From positions 1 to 34,518 of the forward strand of contig JBHIAT010000015.1 in NCBI GenBank assembly GCA_046758705.1: 34,518 bases of DNA, read 5' to 3'. The notes under the pieces were generated by a model. It was not told the origin of the DNA. It was given only the letters and a program-made list of their open reading frames with translations, and did no database searches. Positions 28,610-34,518 of this stretch are shown piece after piece (the stretch's first letter is position 1; every line of letters begins with the position of its first letter). The stretch is from Candidatus Bipolaricaulia bacterium. Lineage in GTDB: Bacteria > Bipolaricaulota > Bipolaricaulia > JBHIAT01. The position numbers were made by a program, and so were the translations under genes.

Positions 28610-28909
28610 ATGGAAGAAACCCGGTCGATGCCTGATGTGTTACCGGCACCGATCACTGACGAGCAGTACTTTGCAGGAGTGCCGGAGAAATTTGAACTGG
28701 TGGACGGCTATCTCTTTGACCCTCCGCATCGTCACGATACGAGAGCGCGGTTGCTGGCTTTGTTGTTGACGAATGAAGGTCTGGCGAGGGCGGTGCAGCT
28801 GGCGCCACCGGAACGCTGGAAGGAAGCGCTACGGCAGGTCTACGACACGGAAGACTTTTCGGTGTCCGAGGGATGTCCAGAGCACCTTCAACTTTCTCAA
28901 AGAGTTTGA
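28610..28909 (+). CDS. Small hypothetical protein resembling the Uma2 N-terminus (copy 2)
   Basis: GAGGAGG RBS; TTGTCA-N18-TAGACT upstream; shares PEK.EL..GYL.DPP, LL.NEGL, PPERW.EAL.Q.YDTED. Confidence 0.72.
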   Translation: MEETRSMPDVLPAPITDEQYFAGVPEKFELVDGYLFDPPHRHDTRARLLALLLTNEGLARAVQLAPPERWKEALRQVYDTEDFSVSEGCPEHLQLSQRV

Positions 28910-29179
28910 ATCAGCCGTGTGGCACGGTCTTGTCGCAGACGATGATCTGCCGACTCGTAGCCGGAGAACGACGCTTGCACCGTTTTCCTTCAAACCTCAA
29001 CCGTCCACGACCAGGTGGACGCTGGCATTCCAACGACGGGATGCCCGGCATGTTTAATGCCGGGAGGATGTCACTCAAGTCGGTTTTTCGGAGAGACTGG
29101 GGATCGGTTTCAACCTTCTCGGACGAAAAGGCATCTTTCAGTTAAAATTTTGGAGAGTTTTTGAACGGGAAGGATGGGC

Positions 29180-29240
29180 ATGAACATTGAGGGCAGTAAA
29201 GTTGTGATCATCGGGGACGCGAGGCTGATTGGCTCCCATG
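29180..29240 (+). pseudogene. 5' remnant of an NAD-dependent epimerase/dehydratase
   Basis: MNIEGSKVVIIGDARLIGSH is a decayed GGAGxIGSH Rossmann start behind GGAAGGA. Confidence 0.6.
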
Positions 29241-29293
29241 ATGCTGGTAGTCAACAGAGTCTGATGATGCTTGCAAACAGACCAAGAGTTAAG

Positions 29294-29374
29294 AACCAAC
29301 TGACTACAGATCAACCGACCATAAACGATGGACTAACCGACTATAGACGATGGACCACCCGACTACGGACTATG
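29294..29374 (+). repeat. Degenerate 7/8-bp tandem repeat array
   Basis: Units such as GACTAACC, GACTATA, GACGATG, GACTACG, GACTATG. Confidence 0.8.
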
Positions 29375-29422
29375 TTGTATAATAATTATAATTGAGCAGC
29401 GTATAGATGCTTGGGAGGTCAG

Positions 29423-30088
29423 ATGAGAATGGCCAAGGTTGAGGTACCGACGGAGAAACTCACCTACGAAGAATTCCTGGAGTGGTGCGATGAAGACACC
29501 TGGGCGGAGTGGGTCGATGGGGAGGTCATCGTGTTAGCACCTGCATCAAGGAAACATCAAGAGTTGGCCGACTTTCTCACACAGGTTCTGGGCATCTTTG
29601 TTAAACAGCAGGAACTTGGGGTGGTGCTGAGCGCGCCGTTCCAGATGAAGACGGGGCCCGAACTTCCAGGCCGCGAACCGGATCTCCTGTTCGTGGCCAA
29701 GGAGCGGCTGGATCTCCTGAAGGAGACCTACTTGGAAGGCCCGGCCGACTTGGTGGTGGAGATCATCTCCCCCGAGAGCCGCTTGCGCGATCGCGGCGAG
29801 AAGTTTGCCGAGTATGAGTTGGGGGGAGTGAAGGAGTACTGGTTATTGGATCCAGAGGAGCGACGCGCTGACTTCTACATACTTGGTGAAGATGGACGTT
29901 ATCGACTGACCGACTCTGAACCGAGTGGGATCTATCACTCTCGGGTCGTCCCAGACTTCTGGTTGCAAGTAGATTGGCTCTGGCAGGAGCCGTTGCCCTC
30001 ACCGATACGAGCGGTCGCCGAGATCGCCGATGTAGATCCGGCCCTCATCCAAGCCCTTGAACAAGCTTTGCGTGGGAAGCAGTCATGA
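29423..30088 (+). CDS. Uma2 (DUF820) family PD-(D/E)xK endonuclease
   Basis: LTYEEFL, EWVDGEV, HQ, REPDL, DLVVEIISP, DRGEK..EY..GGVKEYWLLDP. Start 29423 or 29429. Confidence 0.92.
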   Translation: MRMAKVEVPTEKLTYEEFLEWCDEDTWAEWVDGEVIVLAPASRKHQELADFLTQVLGIFVKQQELGVVLSAPFQMKTGPELPGREPDLLFVAKERLDLLKETYLEGPADLVVEIISPESRLRDRGEKFAEYELGGVKEYWLLDPEERRADFYILGEDGRYRLTDSEPSGIYHSRVVPDFWLQVDWLWQEPLPSPIRAVAEIADVDPALIQALEQALRGKQS

Positions 30089-30134
30089 ACTCCAAGTGAT
30101 CCGATGTCGAGGAGGATTACAACAACTCACTGGT

Positions 30135-30509
30135 AAGGCAGTGAGGGAGCCACGTACAGGTGAGAAAGTATATCGAGGGAGAGGAAGTGAGGGGAGCACA
30201 AGCTACGCATGAACTGCTTGAGCGGGTCGAACAGCTCAATCGGGATCTTATTCAAAACTTGGCGACCACGGCCGATCCCTCTCACCGGCAGAAGTCCTCC
30301 CTCTTTGGGAGCGTCCAGGGTAGGGATATCTCTGTTGTCCGATGAACTCATTGAAGATCTCAAGCCTCTTCTCGAACGTATGAGCGAATGGGAAGCGACC
30401 ATGGAAGTCCTCAAGGACAAGGATATGATGGAGCAGATACGCAGTTCGGAGGAGGATTGGCAAAAGGGGAAAACGGTTGCCTGGCGCGATGTCAAGCGGA
30501 ACGACCTAT
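30135..30509 (+). pseudogene. Mosaic of hicA, orphan small-gene and antitoxin fragments
   Basis: 30135-30190 resembles 30892-30947; about 30191-30330 resembles 31280-31438; 30334-30509 matches 31654-31829 with 2 mismatches. Confidence 0.85.
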
Positions 30510-30525
30510 ATGGCCGAAACTTAGG

Positions 30526-30584
30526 GACTAAGGACCAACTGACCACGGACCATTTGACTATGGACTAACCGACCATGGACTATA
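30526..30584 (+). repeat. 7/8-bp tandem repeat array (8 units)
   Basis: GACTAAG GACCAACT GACCACG GACCATTT GACTATG GACTAACC GACCATG GACTATA. Confidence 0.85.
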
Positions 30585-30600
30585 AACCAGGAGGTGCCCG

Positions 30601-30828
30601 ATGGAGACGCGAGTGATCGAGATCACGGCGGAATTGATTGAGGAAGAGGAGGGAGGGTATACGGTCTACTGCCCTGAGTTGGACATCTACACTCAAGGAG
30701 AGGACCTTGAGGATGCCCTCGCCAATCTGAGAGAGGCGGCTGAACTCCATATCGAAGAAATCGGAATCCAAAACCTCAGGTTGAGGAAAGTAGAGCATCG
30801 GGATCTTAAATTAGAAATCCATGCCTAA
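30601..30828 (+). CDS. hicB: HicB-family (UPF0150) antitoxin
   Basis: EEGGYTVYCPEL..YTQGEDLEDALANLREA.EL; AGGAGG RBS. Confidence 0.88.
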   Translation: METRVIEITAELIEEEEGGYTVYCPELDIYTQGEDLEDALANLREAAELHIEEIGIQNLRLRKVEHRDLKLEIHA

Positions 30829-31057
30829 ACTTCCCCGGATTACTGGAGAGGAACTGGTGAAAGCTTTGCAAAAGGAAGGGTTTGAGGTCGCAAGACAGCG
30901 AGGGAGCCACGTACAGGTGAGAAAGTATGTCGAGGAAGAGAAAGTGACTTTCCCTGTCCCTGTTCACAAGGGCAAGACATTGAAGCCGGGCACCCTTAGA
31001 GGAATCTTGAGAAAAGCTGGGATCTCTGTTGAAAGGCTAATAGAGCTTCTATCGTAG
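30821..31057 (+). CDS. hicA: HicA-family mRNA interferase toxin
   Basis: LPRITGEELVKAL..GF...RQRGSH, VPVH, LKPGTLRGILRKAG. Confidence 0.9.
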   Translation: MPKLPRITGEELVKALQKEGFEVARQRGSHVQVRKYVEEEKVTFPVPVHKGKTLKPGTLRGILRKAGISVERLIELLS

Positions 31058-31073
31058 GAGATAGAGGTTATAT

Positions 31074-31154
31074 GAATATGGACTATGGACCAACCGACTA
31101 TGGACTATGGACTATCTGACTATGGACTACTTGACTACGGACTGTGGACTAACC
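31074..31154 (+). repeat. 7/8-bp tandem repeat array (11 units)
   Basis: GACTATG, GACCAACC, GACTATCT and GACTAACC units after hicA. Confidence 0.88.
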
Positions 31155-31277
31155 AGAAGGGGCTCGAGGAGGTCCGAGCGGAAGGTTAATTTTGATGCAA
31201 CAACAACAAACCGGTGTCCATTTGACTTAGGACCGACTGGCTAAGGACTATCTAGACAGAAGAAGAGGTGCTGTAGG

Positions 31278-31487
31278 ATGGGAACCCAAGCCCATGAACT
31301 ACTTGAGCGGGTCGAACGGCTTGAGCGCGAGCTGGAGCAACTCAAGCGGGATCTTATTCAGAATTTGGCGATCACGGCTGAGCCTTCTCGCCCACAGAAG
31401 CCCTCCCTCTTTGGGAGTGTGCGGGGTGGAGATATCTCGGAGGAGCACATTGAGGAGGCCAAACGAAATCTATTTCGGGGTATATAA
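31278..31487 (+). CDS. Small coiled-coil hypothetical protein, antitoxin-like
   Basis: GAGGTG RBS; coiled-coil then SLFGSVRG..ISEEHIEEAK; a diverged second copy lies at about 30191-30330. Confidence 0.7.
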   Translation: MGTQAHELLERVERLERELEQLKRDLIQNLAITAEPSRPQKPSLFGSVRGGDISEEHIEEAKRNLFRGI

Positions 31488-31531
31488 CGTCCATTGGCTA
31501 AGAGTAAGAGGCAACGACCGCCCTATAGTTG

Positions 31532-31559
31532 CGCAAACAGGTTTGCGATTCCCTATAAT
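31532..31559 (+). promoter_or_regulatory. Palindromic operator candidate and -10 box upstream of relBE-like pair
   Basis: CGCAAAC-AG-GTTTGCG followed by TATAAT at 31554-31559. Confidence 0.5.
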
Positions 31560-31612
31560 TGGAATGACAAACACGGTTGAAAGGAGATTGACGGGGGTGA
31601 TTGAAAAATACC

Positions 31613-31831
31613 ATGACTCACATCAAAGAAGAAATCAAGGAGCTGATCGATCAGTTGTCCGATGAACTCATTGAAGACCTCAAGCCTCTTCTCGAACGTA
31701 TGAGCGAATGGGAAGCGACCATGGAAGTCCTCAAGGACAAGGATATGATGGAGCAGATACGCAGTTCGGAGGAGGATTGGCAAAAGGGGAAAACGGCTGC
31801 CTGGCGCGATGTCAAGCGGAACGACCTATGA
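31613..31831 (+). CDS. Putative type II antitoxin (RelB/Phd C-terminal-like)
   Basis: Acidic; EATMEVL.D..MMEQIR.SEED..KGK...W.DVK; overlaps relE. Confidence 0.78.
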   Translation: MTHIKEEIKELIDQLSDELIEDLKPLLERMSEWEATMEVLKDKDMMEQIRSSEEDWQKGKTAAWRDVKRNDL

Positions 31832-32084
31832 AGTTCGGCTTTCTCGATCGGCTCGAAAGTATTATGAGAAGTGCGATCCTGATGTTGCCAAACAGTTGGA
31901 GACTTGCTTTGAAGATCTGGAAAAGGATCCGTTCCCACCTCATCCTCGCATCAAGAAGCTGCGTGGAGAACTTTCCGGCAACTATCGATTCCGTGTGGGG
32001 CAATTGAGGGTTGTATACACCATTTTCAAAGATGAACGGGTGGTGTATATCCGTGCCATCGGTCCAAGAGGGGATGTTTATTAG
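31809..32084 (+). CDS. relE: RelE/ParE-family toxin
   Basis: YEVRLSRSARK, KKLRG, YRFRVG.LRVVY, IGPRGDVY. Confidence 0.9.
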   Translation: MSSGTTYEVRLSRSARKYYEKCDPDVAKQLETCFEDLEKDPFPPHPRIKKLRGELSGNYRFRVGQLRVVYTIFKDERVVYIRAIGPRGDVY

Positions 32085-32117
32085 CACTGTCTCGTCTGCC
32101 AGGTGGTTAAGCTCTCC

Positions 32118-32221
32118 GACCATGGACTACGGACTATCTGACCATGGACTATCTGACTATGGACCAACCGACCACGGACCATGGACTAACCGACCATGGA
32201 CTAACCGACTATGGACTAACC
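32118..32221 (+). repeat. 7/8-bp tandem repeat array (14 units)
   Basis: GACCATG/GACTATG 7-mers interleaved with GACTATCT/GAC(C/T)AACC 8-mers. Confidence 0.9.
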
Positions 32222-32261
32222 TGGGTTCCTTAGATGACCCCGTGGCGCTCGGAGGGTTCCC

Positions 32262-32426
32262 ATGACCATGCAAGAGATCGGGATAGGGTTCGTTCTCATT
32301 CTGATCTCAGGTTACCTCGTGTTCAGTGGTGCTCAGAGGGGCCCCATAAAAGAGGTCTTGAGACAGATCGGGATAGGGCTCATCTTCGGTGTGATCTTGG
32401 GTTACCTCGTGGTCAATGGGCTGTGA
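32262..32426 (+). CDS. 54-aa two-helix membrane protein with internal duplication
   Basis: GGAGGG RBS; MTMQEIGIGFVLILISGYLVFSGAQRGPIKEVLRQIGIGLIFGVILGYLVVNGL; absent from the ORF track. Confidence 0.65.
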   Translation: MTMQEIGIGFVLILISGYLVFSGAQRGPIKEVLRQIGIGLIFGVILGYLVVNGL

Positions 32427-33080
32427 TCCTTAAGATCAAGATTGTAGCTGCCAGGTTGTTTCTTTTAACCCTTCTTTTGCTCACCTTTCTCTCTCATACC
32501 TTTGCCTTTCAGAACCCTAATACCTATGGTGACCAGGGCACGGGTGGCTCCCGGTGCTTCCTTTGTTTTCGTTTCGGGGCTGGGGGGTGCAAGCATCAGA
32601 AATCAAGATCGTTGTTTACCTACTACCTATCCCTATGGCTGTAAAGGTGAGTGGGCCAAGATTGATACCTCTGACCAGGGAGCTCAATATGGTGTCTTAT
32701 TTATCACCTTTCATGTCGATGGCAATCCTCGCAAAGCCCGTGGCGAATTTATAAATATCGCCGGTGAGATGATCGATACATTTGAGATAACTAGTGAGGT
32801 TCCCATCATCGCCAAAACCTTCGACGGTTTGGTCAACCACGGGCCTAACCCGGTCGTCGACTTTGCCACCTTCTACTTTAAACTGCCGGAGGGGACTACG
32901 GGCGCGACCCTGTATATCTTCGACGTTGCCGGGACGCTCGTCGATCGGCAGGAGATCCTTGCTCCCGGGCTCCCGATGACGTTCGACGCCCGTAAGCTGC
33001 CCAACGGCCTTTATCTTTACGCCGTCATCACCGATGGCGGAAAACGGTCCGATGTCAAAAGCCTGGTGGTGTGGAGATGA
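32423..33080 (+). pseudogene. Internally deleted secreted metallophosphoesterase-like gene with C-terminal FlgD/T9SS-like Ig domain
   Basis: Signal-peptide frame from GTG 32423 to GDQG, frame change near 32540 into FVFVSGLGG..YGVLF..GEMIDTF, then GPNP..LYIFDVAG.LV..LPNGLYLY. Confidence 0.6.
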
Positions 33081-33182
33081 CCAGGACCATAGATCGCTTC
33101 ATGGCAACACGCTTGATGAGCCTGCTGCTGAATGGAATGCTAACTTCCGAACTTTAGATGAAAACCACATCAAGCTTGATTA

Positions 33183-33238
33183 TTGACAACTCAGCCCTGC
33201 TATGCTATTATTCAGTCATTGAATTCAATCGTTGAATT
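33183..33238 (+). promoter_or_regulatory. sigma70 promoter with tandem palindromic operator
   Basis: TTGACA-N17-TATTAT with extended TG; ATTCA-N5-TGAAT (33210-33224) and AATTCAA-N3-TTGAATT (33222-33238). Confidence 0.75.
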
Positions 33239-33247
33239 AAAACCAAT

Positions 33248-34129
33248 ATGTCTAACGAAGAGACGTCCGAGAAGATCCGTGAACTCAAACTTCTAGAGGC
33301 TTTAGAGCAGGAGCCGGAGGCCAGACAAGTGGACTTGGCCGCCCGACTTGGGGTGGCAGTCGGCACCGTTAACTGGCACCTTAAACGCCTGGCGGCCCAG
33401 GGCTACGTCAAGGTGAAGCGCATTGGCCAGTGGCACTGGCGGTATCTGCTCACCCCTCAGGGGATGGCGGAGAAAGCCAGACTGACGAAAGACTACGTGC
33501 GGCGCTCGATGCAGCTGTACCGGGAGACGCGCGGGCAAGCTCGGCGACTGTTAACGCAGATCAACCGGGCGGGTTACACCCAGGTGGCCCTCGAGGGCGA
33601 TGCCGATTTGGTGGACGTCTGTCGGCTGACGTGTTTAGAGCAGGGGATAGAGGTCGTCGCGTCCAAGACGGACCGGGTGCCGGTGCTGCGGACGGAAGGT
33701 CAGGAGCTGGTCTTGGAGTGGCCTGAGACCGGGGAGGATGATGTGGGAGGCCGTTTGAACGCGGAGGAACCTCTGAGGGAGGGAGCTGAAGTCGCACAGG
33801 CAGTGCGCGAACGACTGGCTGAGATCATCCAGCGCATCGTCGAAGTGGCGGAGCCGGAGGAGATCATCTTGTTTGGATCGGCCGCTCGGGGAGAGATGGG
33901 GCCGAATAGCGACTTGGACCTGCTGGTGGTGAAGGCTGGCGATTATCACCGAGGTCGCCTGACGGAGGAGATTTACATGAGCCTGTTCGGAGTGGGGCAG
34001 GCGGTCGATGTGATCGTGGTGACTCCGGAGGATGTTGAGCGCTATCGAGACGCTTTCTGTCTGGTCATAGAACCCGCTTTACGGGAAGGACAGGTTGTCT
34101 ACAAACGTGGAACAGTTGCCACCCGATGA
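33248..34129 (+). CDS. MarR-like winged-HTH regulator fused to a minimal nucleotidyltransferase (MNT) domain
   Basis: QVDLAARLGVAVGTVN..LKRL..GYVK..YLLTPQG..EKARL; C-terminal IILFGSAARG...SDLDLLVV..VDV. Confidence 0.85.
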   Translation: MSNEETSEKIRELKLLEALEQEPEARQVDLAARLGVAVGTVNWHLKRLAAQGYVKVKRIGQWHWRYLLTPQGMAEKARLTKDYVRRSMQLYRETRGQARRLLTQINRAGYTQVALEGDADLVDVCRLTCLEQGIEVVASKTDRVPVLRTEGQELVLEWPETGEDDVGGRLNAEEPLREGAEVAQAVRERLAEIIQRIVEVAEPEEIILFGSAARGEMGPNSDLDLLVVKAGDYHRGRLTEEIYMSLFGVGQAVDVIVVTPEDVERYRDAFCLVIEPALREGQVVYKRGTVATR

Positions 34130-34502
34130 CCCCCGGGAATGGTTGAACCGGGCCAGGAGCAATCTGATACGAGCCAAGAGCGAGATCCCCGGCGTATATT
34201 TGGAAGACCTGTGCTTCGATGCCCAGCAGGCGGCCGAAAGAGCGATCAAGGCTCTGCTGATCCAGAACAAGATGCGGTTCCCTTACGTGCATGATCTTTC
34301 AGAACTTTTGACGCGGGTGATGGAGCGAGCCGGACAGGTGGTTCCCGAGGCTATCAAACAGGCGATGAGACTTACGCGCTACGCAGTTGTGACCCGCTAT
34401 CCTGGTCTTTCCGAGCCGGTCACCCGCGAAGAGTACGAAGAAGCGGTGACTATCGCGGAGAGCGTCGTGCACTGGGTTGAAGAGATCATGGCGGAAAGGT
34501 GA
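34095..34502 (+). CDS. HEPN domain protein
   Basis: WLNRA..NL, CFDAQQAAERAIKA, HDL, TRYP; overlaps the MNT gene. Confidence 0.88.
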   Translation: MSTNVEQLPPDDPREWLNRARSNLIRAKSEIPGVYLEDLCFDAQQAAERAIKALLIQNKMRFPYVHDLSELLTRVMERAGQVVPEAIKQAMRLTRYAVVTRYPGLSEPVTREEYEEAVTIAESVVHWVEEIMAER

Positions 34503-34518
34503 GGATAGATGCCCCGGA

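Noticed and set aside
28858..29170. Possible MITE or IS remnant after the second mini gene
   Set aside because: Only weak inverted similarity (GTGTCCGA vs TCGGAGAG), with no target duplication or transposase trace.
29294..32221. Repeat arrays as CRISPR
   Set aside because: Units are 7-8 bp with no unique spacers, and no cas genes are present.
32234..32644. 136-aa ORF in the track
   Set aside because: Composite of an off-frame reading of the microprotein and the signal-peptide remnant.
34509..34518. ATG after a GAGG at the window end
   Set aside because: Probably the next gene, but three codons are not enough to call.

Overview
GC-rich bacterial window, possibly Bipolaricaulota/Acetothermia-like (a weak inference). 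From the left: a truncated sacsin-like GHKL ATPase gene behind a hairpin-rich, possibly recombinational site and REP elements; a minus-strand operon prkA/yeaG-yeaH-spoVR (399-aa LAGLIDADG intein)-apbE-NusG-II; then a long plus-strand block. That block holds rpsT (apparent ATT start), secF, recJ, nucleotide-sugar genes (epimerase, ugd, UDP-glucuronate decarboxylase with a 474-aa intein), a CysD-like gene, split MetE, metK, ahcY, an uncharacterised phosphotransferase plus CysC-like kinase, a PHP phosphatase, sat-cysC and udk. The last ~7 kb is a scrambled accessory tract of Uma2, HicBA, RelBE-like and wHTH-MNT/HEPN modules, small orphan genes and internally deleted gene remnants, punctuated by arrays of 7/8-bp GAC(C/T)A repeats. 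No rRNA, tRNA or CRISPR was recognised.
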